A stretch of 64,000 nucleotides of DNA, taken from the NCBI GenBank assembly GCA_020852255.1, contig JADZBD010000018.1, positions 124,842-188,841 on the forward strand, read 5' to 3'. Below are positions 10,589 through 19,856 of the stretch, piece by piece. Origin of the DNA: Bacteroidia bacterium (GTDB lineage: Bacteria; Bacteroidota; Bacteroidia; JADZBD01). The notes beneath the pieces are model-generated. The model saw nothing but the letters and a program-made list of their open reading frames with translations. It was not told the DNA's origin and did not search any database. Position 1 is the stretch's first letter. Every line of letters starts with the position of its first letter. Position numbers and translations under genes: made by a program.

Positions 10589-11773
10589 ATGACCGGTAAA
10601 GAAAGGACGCTCCTTTTTGTTCTGGCCTGTATCAACTTCGCAAGCATTTTGGATTTTATGATCATGATGCCACTGCAGGAGTATCTTGCTCCGGTCTTTC
10701 ATGTTTCACCGTTCGAGTTTAATTTACTGGTCGCGTCCTATTCTGTTTCTGCATTCGTTTCCTCCTTTTCCGCAACCTTTTTTGCGGACAGGTTCGACCG
10801 GAAGAAGCTCTTACTCTTTGCCTTTATCGGATTTTTAACGGGCACACTGGGCTGCGGATTTGCTCCTACTTACGGCTGGATGATGACATCCCGCATTGTG
10901 GCAGGATTGTTCGGAGGAATGATATCTGCACAGGTGCAATCCATTGTAGGTGATTTATTCCCTTACGGGAAGAGAGGTAGAGCGATGGGCACATTGATGG
11001 GCGCCTTTGCGCTGGCTGCGGTGGTTGGAGTGCCTGCCGGGTTGTGGATCGCGAAAGATTTCGGCTGGCAGATGCCGTTCATCTTTATTGCCGCCTTTGG
11101 ATTTTTGCTCATTCCATTTATTCTTGCGCTGGTGCCAAACGTAACTTCTCATATTGCAGAAAGGGGTAAAACAGGTGCCATATACGGCGCACTGTTCTCA
11201 GACCGGAACATGCAATGGGGATTATTGATGGCCTTTATGCTTGTGCTCGGACATTTTCTGACCATTCCATTTATAGCGCCTTTCCTGGAAGTAAACGTGG
11301 GAGTGAGCAAAGAAGAGGTGGCATTGATGTATATGGTAGGAGGATTCTCATCTCTCGTGGCAGCTCCGCTGATCGGTAAGCTGGCGGATAAATTCGGGAA
11401 GCATAAGATCTTTGGCGTAACCATGTTTTTGTCTTTTATTCCGGTGATTCTGATGACGCATTTAAAGGTAGTTCCACTTTGGCACGTGTTAGTGATTGCC
11501 TCCATGTTTTTCTTTTTCGCAGGTGGAAGGATGATACCGGCCCAAGCGCTTATTTCCTCCCTGGTAAAACCAAATTTGAGAGGAAGTTTTATGAACCTGA
11601 ACTCTTCTCTTATGCAGTTGGCTACCGGACTCGCAGCCGTCATCGGGGGATTAATCGTTGACAAAACAACAGCCGGCACATATATTCATTTTGAATATAC
11701 CGGATACCTGTCTGTATTATTCGGCTTACTGAGCTTTCTGCTCGTGATGAGGGTAAAAGCAGTAGATGTATAA
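10589..11773 (+). CDS. MFS transporter
   Basis: 394 aa and about 12 predicted TM helices, with an MFS-like loop motif (ADRFDRKKLL). Confidence 0.8.
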   Translation: MTGKERTLLFVLACINFASILDFMIMMPLQEYLAPVFHVSPFEFNLLVASYSVSAFVSSFSATFFADRFDRKKLLLFAFIGFLTGTLGCGFAPTYGWMMTSRIVAGLFGGMISAQVQSIVGDLFPYGKRGRAMGTLMGAFALAAVVGVPAGLWIAKDFGWQMPFIFIAAFGFLLIPFILALVPNVTSHIAERGKTGAIYGALFSDRNMQWGLLMAFMLVLGHFLTIPFIAPFLEVNVGVSKEEVALMYMVGGFSSLVAAPLIGKLADKFGKHKIFGVTMFLSFIPVILMTHLKVVPLWHVLVIASMFFFFAGGRMIPAQALISSLVKPNLRGSFMNLNSSLMQLATGLAAVIGGLIVDKTTAGTYIHFEYTGYLSVLFGLLSFLLVMRVKAVDV

Positions 11774-11774
11774 A

Positions 11775-12254
11775 TCACCCAATCAGCTGAAGAGCTGTAA
11801 TGGCGGCTTCAACACCTTTATTTCCGTGTTTGCCGCCCGCCCGCGCCATGGCTTGTTCCATATTTTCCGTCGTGAGTACTCCGAAAATCACCGGTTTGCG
11901 GTAGGTTAATCCTACCTGCATAATCCCGGTGGCACAGGCCTGCGCAATAAAATCAAAATGTTTTGTTTCTCCGCGGATGATACAACCCAGGCAGATTACG
12001 GCATCTGTTTTCTTTTTAGAAGCAAGGATCATGGCTCCGAAAGGCAGCTCAAATGATCCGGGAACATGGTGCAGCAGGATGTCTTTCTGATTGACACCGT
12101 ATTTGAGAAGGGTTTGAACAGCTCCTTCCCATAGTGCGGATGTGATTCCCGGGTTCCAGCCGGAGACGACGATGCCGATCTTTTTCCCCTTTCCTCCGGG
12201 TACCGATTCAGCAGGGAAGGAGGAAAGATTCTTTTTCTTCGAAAGACGGGTCAT
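11775..12254 (-). CDS. ribH: 6,7-dimethyl-8-ribityllumazine synthase
   Basis: 159 aa with the VPGSFELP, RGETKHFDF and GKHGNKGVEAA motifs. Confidence 0.93.
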   Translation of the reverse strand: MTRLSKKKNLSSFPAESVPGGKGKKIGIVVSGWNPGITSALWEGAVQTLLKYGVNQKDILLHHVPGSFELPFGAMILASKKKTDAVICLGCIIRGETKHFDFIAQACATGIMQVGLTYRKPVIFGVLTTENMEQAMARAGGKHGNKGVEAAITALQLIG

Positions 12255-12281
12255 GGATAGGCGGGCTGTATCCGTGTGGAA

Positions 12282-12965
12282 TTATTCTATTCCTGCACGG
12301 GTCTTCGCGTAAGCGAGGTGCTTGTCAATTTCCTTCCCTTCATTCGAATCCGGGAACTCAAGTTTGATCTGCTCATAGAGATTCACTGCTTCTGCGAATT
12401 TGCCGAGATCCTCATACGCTTTGCCTGCCTTCATAAGAGCGATTGGCGTGGTAAGTTCGTTGCGGTCTATATTAGCAGCTTTGATATAAAAATCAATTCC
12501 TTCTTCTGTTTTTCCCAGTTCCATGTGTGCATCGCCGAGCAGCGAGTTCACCACAGATCCGGATAAAACACCTTTTGGATCGAACCCGCTCAGTTCTTCT
12601 ACGGCCTCCTCATACTTTCCCTGCTGAAAATAACATACACCAAGGTAATAATGACAGAGATTTCCGGTTGGAGTGCTACCGTATTTATCCAGTACATCCA
12701 GAAATCCCAGATTGGTTCCGTCGCCGTTGATGGCCTTGTTCAGTGAATCCACTGCAAAATATTCCTCGGCCATAAAAACGGCTTCCTCAGCTGCAGCAAC
12801 ATCCGGTTCATAGATCATCTTTCTATACCCAAACCAGATGGCCACCAATGCCACCACACCGCCCAGTATCAGCAGAAGGCTCTTCTTATTACTCTCTACA
12901 AACTGCTCGGAGCGGGAAAGTGCACCCTGAATATCAACTACCGGTTCTTCTTTATTATCAGCCAT
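12282..12965 (-). CDS. membrane-anchored tetratricopeptide-repeat protein
   Basis: An N-terminal TM helix (LLLILGGVVALVAIWFGY) is followed by TPR-like repeats (YYLGVCYFQQGKYEEAV, MKAGKAYEDLGKFAEAV). It lies upstream of ribH on the same strand. Confidence 0.6.
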   Translation of the reverse strand: MADNKEEPVVDIQGALSRSEQFVESNKKSLLLILGGVVALVAIWFGYRKMIYEPDVAAAEEAVFMAEEYFAVDSLNKAINGDGTNLGFLDVLDKYGSTPTGNLCHYYLGVCYFQQGKYEEAVEELSGFDPKGVLSGSVVNSLLGDAHMELGKTEEGIDFYIKAANIDRNELTTPIALMKAGKAYEDLGKFAEAVNLYEQIKLEFPDSNEGKEIDKHLAYAKTRAGIE

Positions 12966-13086
12966 TTAATTGAAATTTTAAGGGTGCGAAAATAGCAATT
13001 TTATCCGATCCGGCCTAAAAATCAGCTGGGTGGATATCCTAAGTGCCTGAATTATAAACAATAGCATAATATTAGGGGCTATGTCC

Positions 13087-13094
13087 TAACTTTG
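13087..13094 (+). promoter_or_regulatory. -7 promoter box TAACTTTG, 4 nt before the recF ATG (predicted leaderless)
   Basis: Exact match to the Bacteroidota TAnnTTTG consensus. Confidence 0.5.
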
Positions 13095-13098
13095 GTGA

Positions 13099-14217
13099 AT
13101 GATCCTCCGGGAACTGCATTTGGTGAATTTCCGTAATTACAGCGACCTCTCCATACAGCTGAGTCCCGGGGTGAATTGTTTTACGGGACCGAACGGAGCC
13201 GGCAAAACGAATATTCTGGATGCCATTCATTACCTATCCTTTTGTAAGAGTTTTCTACAGCTGACCGACACGCAAAATATCCGTTTTGGAGAGGATTTTT
13301 TTATCATTGAAGGAACCTATGACGGGCAGGATGCCGGGGAGAAGATTTTCTGTGGCATTAAAAAAAATCAGAAAAAACAATTCTTGCGTAACAAATCGGA
13401 GTATGAAAAACTGGCCGATCATATCGGGTTGATTCCCTTGGTACTGATTGCTCCTCAGGATTCGGAATTATTGCTTGGCGGCGGAGAAGAACGGAGAAAA
13501 TTCCTCGATTCAGTGATCGCACAGTTTGACAGATTGTATCTGGAAGATCTGGTGACTTACAACAGGATACTCGCGCAGCGTAATGCAGCTTTAAAAAGCA
13601 TGAACGGAGTTCCGGGAGCAGACCAGGGCATGCTGGAAGTGCTGGATGAGCAGATGATGATTCCCGGCAGGAGAATCTATGAAAAGCGTTGTGCATTTCT
13701 GGATCAGTTCCGGCCATTGCTGGCTGATGCATACAGAGCCGTTAGCGGAGGAATAGAAACGGCGGCTGCTGAATTTTCAAGCCGGCTTGACGAATTCTCT
13801 TTTCCCGAATTGCTGAAACTTCAGCGTGAAAGGGATATAAGACTCCAATACACTTCTCAGGGTATTCACAGAGATGATGTAGAATTGCTTCTGGATGGCA
13901 GGAGCGCTAAAAAATTCGCTTCGCAAGGACAGCAAAAATCACTGCTCATTGCGTTACGTATTGCGCAGTACCGGTTCATCCGTAAAGGCACGGGAAAAAC
14001 CCCCATCCTTCTGCTTGATGATATTTCGGCAAAACTGGACGATCGCCGCCTGAAACAGCTTATGCTCCTTGTGAATGAGGAATCGTTCGGGCAGATTTTT
14101 GTTACAGATACTCATCCGGAACGGGTGAAGGAATTATTCAGAGAGGAACCGGGAATGCTTACGGTATTTAAGGTCGAAAAAGGAATGATTGAAACCGGAG
14201 AACATGTCGGAGCATAA
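13099..14217 (+). CDS. recF: DNA replication/repair protein RecF
   Basis: 372 aa with the N-terminus LHLVNFRNY, Walker A GPNGAGKTN, the signature SQGQQKS and Walker B LLLDD. Confidence 0.93.
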   Translation: MILRELHLVNFRNYSDLSIQLSPGVNCFTGPNGAGKTNILDAIHYLSFCKSFLQLTDTQNIRFGEDFFIIEGTYDGQDAGEKIFCGIKKNQKKQFLRNKSEYEKLADHIGLIPLVLIAPQDSELLLGGGEERRKFLDSVIAQFDRLYLEDLVTYNRILAQRNAALKSMNGVPGADQGMLEVLDEQMMIPGRRIYEKRCAFLDQFRPLLADAYRAVSGGIETAAAEFSSRLDEFSFPELLKLQRERDIRLQYTSQGIHRDDVELLLDGRSAKKFASQGQQKSLLIALRIAQYRFIRKGTGKTPILLLDDISAKLDDRRLKQLMLLVNEESFGQIFVTDTHPERVKELFREEPGMLTVFKVEKGMIETGEHVGA

Positions 14218-14494
14218 CGAACATTCGCTGAAAGACTCCATCAAAGCCCTGCTGAAAGCCTATCATCTGGATGACGGGATGCGTGAAGCCCGGGTAAAAG
14301 AGTACTGGGCGGAAAACATGGGGAAGGTAATTCTCAAACATACGGTAGAATTAAAACTCAGAAACAGGGTGCTTCACGTATATCTGAATTCATCCGTGGT
14401 ACGCCAGGAAATTGACATGGCACGTTCTCAGGTTATACGGGGTCTTAATGAACAGCTGGGGGAGGAATGGATCACAGGGATACAATTACATTAA
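14189..14494 (+). CDS. DUF721-family protein (recF-associated)
   Basis: A protein of about 100 aa immediately after and overlapping recF, as is usual for DUF721. The start may be the ATG at 14204. Confidence 0.55.
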   Translation: MKPENMSEHNEHSLKDSIKALLKAYHLDDGMREARVKEYWAENMGKVILKHTVELKLRNRVLHVYLNSSVVRQEIDMARSQVIRGLNEQLGEEWITGIQLH

Positions 14495-15345
14495 CCGGCC
14501 TGTTGAGATTCCCGGCAAAGTAATTGAGCTTCTTCCAGTAACCGGGCGCGCCGGGAACCGCGGATGTTCAGCTTACGCAATAGATCCTCCTTGTCGCACA
14601 ATTCTCCGGCCAACAGCAGATCGTTTTCCAGCAGAAATTCTTTTTCCTGTTTTTTCAGAGACGTTAAGCAGGTCACAGGATAAAGCCGGTATAAGTCAAT
14701 CAGGTCTTTTAATCCTTTTCCGGAAGGAAAATCCCATCCCAGCATGTTCAGTCCTGCACAGTGCCCGTACTGTATCGCGTCGGAGGAAAAACGTGTATTC
14801 GTTACGGTCCACCCCTGGTAAAATCTTGAATGGCCTTCCGGTTCTTCTTTCCATTTAGCCTCAACATCTTTAAAGCGGGCTTGTATATAGAGCGGAATTT
14901 TTACATCACAGATGATCCCCTGGCGGTTGTGAAACTTACACTCTACCATGTAGAGATGGTTGTCCCGTTTTGCAATTACGTCAATCTCATGCTTGACACA
15001 TTTCCCTTCAATGATTTGTCCGGTAACAGTTTCAAATCCCATCGCTCGCAGTATCTGCGCAACAAATTTCTCGAAAGGGAATCCGGACGGTCCTAATTCC
15101 AGAATAGCCCTTTTAAGATTGTATTTTGCGGCCAGGTGGCGGGAACGTTCCCGAAGGATTCGGAAGGCATCACGGTAAATTCGCTTGGTTGAAATTCCGG
15201 GATACAGATGGAGCTTCACTTCGGCCACTATGGCATGGACGGAGGCTTCGTCCGCACCTGCTTTACGGAGCGAGGATGCCAGGTGCTTCTCGGAAAATGG
15301 CTCCTGTTCCCCGGATGCTTTGGTAATGAGTATTTCAGTCTCCAT
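14491..15345 (-). CDS. ATP-cone domain fused to Mrr-like PD-(D/E)xK restriction-endonuclease domain
   Basis: The N-terminus is ATP-cone-like (ITKASGEQEPFSEKHLASSL..ISTKRIYRDAFRIL). The C-terminal nuclease core has HEIDVIAK...LYMVECKF (D..ExK). The start is set at the ATG at 15345 (METEIL) because the TTG at 15372 falls inside the -7 box. Confidence 0.7.
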   Translation of the reverse strand: METEILITKASGEQEPFSEKHLASSLRKAGADEASVHAIVAEVKLHLYPGISTKRIYRDAFRILRERSRHLAAKYNLKRAILELGPSGFPFEKFVAQILRAMGFETVTGQIIEGKCVKHEIDVIAKRDNHLYMVECKFHNRQGIICDVKIPLYIQARFKDVEAKWKEEPEGHSRFYQGWTVTNTRFSSDAIQYGHCAGLNMLGWDFPSGKGLKDLIDLYRLYPVTCLTSLKKQEKEFLLENDLLLAGELCDKEDLLRKLNIRGSRRARLLEEAQLLCRESQQAG

Positions 15346-15369
15346 TTTATTCAGCGTCTGAACTGCAAA

Positions 15370-15377
15370 CAAAGGTA
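15370..15377 (-). promoter_or_regulatory. -7 promoter box TACCTTTG for the ATP-cone/Mrr nuclease gene
   Basis: Exact TAnnTTTG on the minus strand, 24 nt upstream of the ATG at 15345. Confidence 0.45.
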
Positions 15378-15405
15378 TACGTTTCTTATAGTACCTTACC
15401 TCATC

Positions 15406-17895
15406 TTATTTCTGTAACAGGATACGTGTACAGGTGGTACCTGTTTTGAGAAAATACAGGCCATTGTCCAATTCTCCTATATTCAATTCCTGGGTGCCTG
15501 ACGTAAATTGCATGCGGCGCAGGAGCCGGCCTTCCGGGCCAAAAAGTTCTACGGTGCAACTCTCTTCGCAGGTAACCATAAAAATACCGGTTCCGGGATT
15601 CGGATACACGAATACGGGTGCAACAACTTCTGGTGGTTGCTCACCGAGCGTCATATCACCTGTTTTCATTCCGTTACCAAAGCTTGTTACCCATACATGA
15701 TTAGCATTGTACGGGTTAAAGAATACGCGTTCGGGTTGCTGGAATGGATAATTGCCGACTGCAGTAAATGTTGGATTTGCTGCAGTAATATTATTGCTGA
15801 TCCACAATCCTTGTCCTTCGGTTGTAAGATAAATCTGAGTGGCAATAAAAGGGTGAAATGTAATACTTGAAACCCGGTCGAATTGTGTTCCGGTCAGTTT
15901 TACCCAGCTGCTGCCACGGTTATTCGTACGGTAGAGGCCACCCAAACCGTTCGGAGGTCCTCCCCATCCGCTGAAAACACATACATACCAGGTGTTTTGC
16001 AACGGATCATTTGGATCCAGCACAATATCTTTTGTCCAGTAGTACATTCCGGGATCTGAAATATCTGTCCATGTATTCAGTATGGGATCATAAAGAAATG
16101 TACCGCTGCAATTCTGAAAAGTTCCGGAACTGTTTCTTCTTCCGGAGTAGGTTGCCACCAGCTTTCCGTCGTTGAGTACCAGCAGTGAGGCGGGATGTTT
16201 CTGCGTTCTTGGCGGGGTGGGAAGCAAGGTCCATGTGGAAGTGGAAAGGTTCTGGAGGTCATCGCAACGGTAAACACCCCCCAGCCCGTTCCCTGCGTTA
16301 TAATGGATTACACTGGCGTATGCACGATTGGGATTATTCGGATCAATAGCAATCCAAAAAACCGGATGTGAGAAAAGATGAAGCAGACTCCAGGAAGCAC
16401 CATTATTCAGGGAGTAAATAATCTTGCCTTCATTATCCGTATTGTCCAGTGGATTATCCTGGAGCCGGGTACTCTGGTACATGTCATGAATGGAGGAAGT
16501 GCCGGCGAAAAGAGTGCTGTTTTGCGGATGCTTAATGATCCGGTACATGCTGTTGGCATTGTGTCCCGTATAATCGAAAGACCAGCTTAACCCTCCGTCC
16601 TGGCTCCGTTTTCCACGGATATCTGAATAACAGGCGAACATATTGCTGGCATCTGCCCAGAATACTTGCCAGCAGGTAGTATTCTCGATACCTGCGGAGT
16701 GATAATATTGATTGGGTGGAGTGGGAGATCCGGACGGATGCTGATCGCTGACATCCGTGTAGGCCTGTTGCCATTGTGTTCCTCCGTTCGACGTCTTGTG
16801 AACAAATCCGAAGTCGCCGAAAATAACATAATTGGGGTCGTTGGATTTAACGGAGATTCCGAACGGACATTCTCCGTAGGACCAGCCCCGGTCGCCGCCC
16901 TGTCCGCTCCAGCCGGTGCTGATATTCTGGTTGTTGGCGCAGGTAAAGGTGCGGGTCCAACTACTTCCGGCGTTCACTGTTTTCATGATATTTGGCTCAG
17001 CGTTAGAATTACTTCCTGCAAGATAAACGGTGTTAATATCGTTTTCCGCCATTGCAACAAACATGGGATAATCTGTATTAACCACAATACCTGTGTTCTT
17101 CGGTATCCAGTTGCCGGAACCGTAATCACAGGAGTATACCCCACGGTAAAAACCCCAGTAATCAGATCCCACCAGTCCTACATAGATATCGTTCACATCG
17201 CCGGTTAGGCAGAAGAGCCGTGTAACATTGCCTGATTTTCCTGCGGCAAAGGAAAATATCCGTTCATTTACAGGAAGGCCGGAGAGGCCTGCCAGGTTCC
17301 AGGTTCCTCCTCCGTTTACTGATACCAAAACGCCGTCATTGGTGCCGATAAAAATAGTATTTCCATCGAAGAAGGTGCCTCCGATCACATTGCCTGCCCC
17401 GGAGAGGGCTGTATGGATCTGGGTAAAAGTACTGCCTCCGTTGGAGGAGAAGTGAATGGATCCATAATAGGCAATAATCACCCGTGCTGCATTATTATAG
17501 TCGGCCGAAATATGAAATGTTTCTTCCGATGGATCCGGATTTCCGGGCAAGGGATTCCAGGTTCCGCCTCCGTCTGTACTCTTCATAGGTACGATCTGGT
17601 TGTTCGCGTAGGAAACAGAATATCGGTCACCGGCAGCCGTAAAGGCAACCCTGGAATTGTGTCCTCCTATCAATTCCGTAAAATTCACCTGGTCATACGA
17701 CTGCCCGAAGTTGGTAGTGTGAAATAATTCTCCCATATCGCAGGATACATAATATTCATTGCTGTTGGCAGGGTTGATGCTCAGAGAGAACAACGCCCCA
17801 CCACCTCCTGTCCCCCTTGACTGCCAAACCAGGGGCTGCGCGTAAAGAAAACAGGGGAGAAGAGGAGCTAGAAGTACGCAGAATAAGTATCTCAT
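15406..17895 (-). CDS. secreted Asp-box (BNR) beta-propeller protein with T9SS C-terminal sorting domain
   Basis: 829 aa with a signal peptide and Asp-boxes (STDGGGTW, SVNGGGTW, TVNAGSSW, SQDGGLSW, SLNNGASW, TNNRGSSW). The C-terminus VYPNPGTGIF...GLYFLKTGTTCTRILLQK matches the Por secretion tail. Confidence 0.8.
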   Translation of the reverse strand: MRYLFCVLLAPLLPCFLYAQPLVWQSRGTGGGGALFSLSINPANSNEYYVSCDMGELFHTTNFGQSYDQVNFTELIGGHNSRVAFTAAGDRYSVSYANNQIVPMKSTDGGGTWNPLPGNPDPSEETFHISADYNNAARVIIAYYGSIHFSSNGGSTFTQIHTALSGAGNVIGGTFFDGNTIFIGTNDGVLVSVNGGGTWNLAGLSGLPVNERIFSFAAGKSGNVTRLFCLTGDVNDIYVGLVGSDYWGFYRGVYSCDYGSGNWIPKNTGIVVNTDYPMFVAMAENDINTVYLAGSNSNAEPNIMKTVNAGSSWTRTFTCANNQNISTGWSGQGGDRGWSYGECPFGISVKSNDPNYVIFGDFGFVHKTSNGGTQWQQAYTDVSDQHPSGSPTPPNQYYHSAGIENTTCWQVFWADASNMFACYSDIRGKRSQDGGLSWSFDYTGHNANSMYRIIKHPQNSTLFAGTSSIHDMYQSTRLQDNPLDNTDNEGKIIYSLNNGASWSLLHLFSHPVFWIAIDPNNPNRAYASVIHYNAGNGLGGVYRCDDLQNLSTSTWTLLPTPPRTQKHPASLLVLNDGKLVATYSGRRNSSGTFQNCSGTFLYDPILNTWTDISDPGMYYWTKDIVLDPNDPLQNTWYVCVFSGWGGPPNGLGGLYRTNNRGSSWVKLTGTQFDRVSSITFHPFIATQIYLTTEGQGLWISNNITAANPTFTAVGNYPFQQPERVFFNPYNANHVWVTSFGNGMKTGDMTLGEQPPEVVAPVFVYPNPGTGIFMVTCEESCTVELFGPEGRLLRRMQFTSGTQELNIGELDNGLYFLKTGTTCTRILLQK

Positions 17896-17913
17896 AGAAG
17901 TTATTTTATATTT

Positions 17914-19794
17914 TCAATCAATAATTTCAATCCTGTTATTGTCTCTCATCTCCCGGATAAGCTCCAGTACCATTTGCTCATCGAATTCCCGGCATCGTTC
18001 CATAACGTCACTTAGTTTCCGTATGCCTTCGCTGTTCAGCTTTTTCAGCCGGTCCTCAATGGTGCGTTGATTTGCCGTATTCCCGGAAGCGGCTTGTTTT
18101 TGGCACACATCACATTTACCGCAGTCACGTGTGTCAGTTTCTCCGAAGTATTCCAGGAGCAGGCGGCTTCTGCATCGGGCGCCGGATCGTACATAATGAA
18201 GCATGAAATCAAGTCGTGCCCGGGCGCGTTCCTTACGTATACGAAGAAATTCAGGACGTATAGAGAGTTCCTTCGCATCCATCCGGGGAACCAGGAAGGT
18301 AATCCTGGGTTCGCCGCTCTGCGGTGTGTAGGCAATCATTTTTTGCCGGTCAAGGTGTTCCAGCATTTTTACTGCCTCAGACCAGGTGATATTGGCCCGG
18401 CGTGCGAGAGCTTCTTCACTGATCTTTACAGGAAAATCGAATAATCCACTATATGATCGCAGCAATAATTTCAAAAATTCCGCAGCCCGATGGTCTCCGG
18501 CCTGGAATGAATAAATATCGGCACGGGAAGCAATCACCATAGCAGTCGAGGGGTGCAGATAACTTTCGCTGAGTTCTATCCATCCTTCTCTTCGGAAGAG
18601 ATTCAGGGCATGATATACCATCACGGCGCGGAAACCGAAGCGATTGCAGAATTCTTCGATATGCAATACGAGCTCCAGCCCTTCACCGCTTCCGACAGGG
18701 ATCTGATAATAATGAGCAAGCGACTGATAAACAGACTGAAGTTCTTCCCTGGAAGGAAAAGAAGATTCAAACTGCTGTTCCAGTTCTAGCAGATCGCCTT
18801 TGTTCCATAGCAGCACTGCAACGCTTTCCCGTTCATCACGTCCGGCACGTCCGGCTTCCTGAAAATACCCTTCCGGGTTTTCCGGAACATCAGCATGTAT
18901 CACAAACCTGACATCCGGTTTGTCGATTCCCATGCCGAAGGCATTTGTACAAACGATCACCCGGGTTCGGTTATGGATCCAGTCTTCCTGCTTTTTTTCC
19001 CTGACTGCGGGCTCCAACCCGGCATGATAATGGTCTGCCGTAATTCCCCTCGCTCGAAGGAATGCGGAGCATTCTTCCGTGCGCTTCCGGCTGCGCATAT
19101 AGATGATTCCTGTGCCTTTGAAATATTCACAAATTCGGAATAAGCGTTCCGGTTTATCTTCTTCCTCCCTCACGCGGTACGTAAGGTTCGCACGTTCAAA
19201 GCTCTTCCTGATTATATTGGGCTTGGTAAAGCCAAGTTGATTCATGATATCGGTTACTACCTCTCGTGTGGCCGTTGCAGTCAGCGCCAGTACAGGCACC
19301 TGAGGCAGGATATCCCTTATCTCCGCAATCCCGAGATAAGCCGGACGAAAGTCGTATCCCCACTGTGAAATACAATGTGCTTCATCTACGGCCAGTAATT
19401 GTACGTTGAGGTGAGGAATACGCTCACGGAAGCGGGCTGTGAACAATCGTTCCGGTGAAACATAAATAAAACGATACTGCCCCTGCACTGCATTCTCGAG
19501 TACAACATTCAGCATCCGCCTGTCCATGGAGGAGGTAATAGCAACGGCGGAAATATTTTTCTTCTGCAGGTTTTCCACCTGATCTTTCATTAAGGCAATG
19601 AGGGGGGAAATAACAAGGGTGGTTCCTTTCAGCAGCAGGCCCGGAACCTGATAGCAAACGGATTTACCGCCCCCTGTTGGCAGCAGCGCAAGGCAATCGC
19701 GGCGTTCAAGCACTTCGCGGATAATTTCCTCCTGAAGCGGACGAAACCGGGGGTATCCCCAATATTGATGCAGTATTTCGGCCGGAACCGGCAT
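17914..19794 (-). CDS. recQ: RecQ-family ATP-dependent DNA helicase
   Basis: 626 aa with LPTGGGKS, DEAHCISQWGYDFRPAY, a Zn-binding cluster (CRSRLLLEYFGE..CGKCDVC), and no obvious HRDC domain. Confidence 0.88.
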   Translation of the reverse strand: MPVPAEILHQYWGYPRFRPLQEEIIREVLERRDCLALLPTGGGKSVCYQVPGLLLKGTTLVISPLIALMKDQVENLQKKNISAVAITSSMDRRMLNVVLENAVQGQYRFIYVSPERLFTARFRERIPHLNVQLLAVDEAHCISQWGYDFRPAYLGIAEIRDILPQVPVLALTATATREVVTDIMNQLGFTKPNIIRKSFERANLTYRVREEEDKPERLFRICEYFKGTGIIYMRSRKRTEECSAFLRARGITADHYHAGLEPAVREKKQEDWIHNRTRVIVCTNAFGMGIDKPDVRFVIHADVPENPEGYFQEAGRAGRDERESVAVLLWNKGDLLELEQQFESSFPSREELQSVYQSLAHYYQIPVGSGEGLELVLHIEEFCNRFGFRAVMVYHALNLFRREGWIELSESYLHPSTAMVIASRADIYSFQAGDHRAAEFLKLLLRSYSGLFDFPVKISEEALARRANITWSEAVKMLEHLDRQKMIAYTPQSGEPRITFLVPRMDAKELSIRPEFLRIRKERARARLDFMLHYVRSGARCRSRLLLEYFGETDTRDCGKCDVCQKQAASGNTANQRTIEDRLKKLNSEGIRKLSDVMERCREFDEQMVLELIREMRDNNRIEIID

Positions 19795-19856
19795 GTACCC
19801 GAAGATACGTATTTCATAAAAAGCGTCTTTCCTGATTTTCTTTTTATCTTGCCGAC

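Noticed and set aside
12255-12281. An expected FMN riboswitch upstream of ribH.
   Set aside because: Only 27 nt separate ribH from the upstream TPR gene. The 133-nt gap upstream of the TPR gene shows none of the conserved FMN-element helices that I can recognise.
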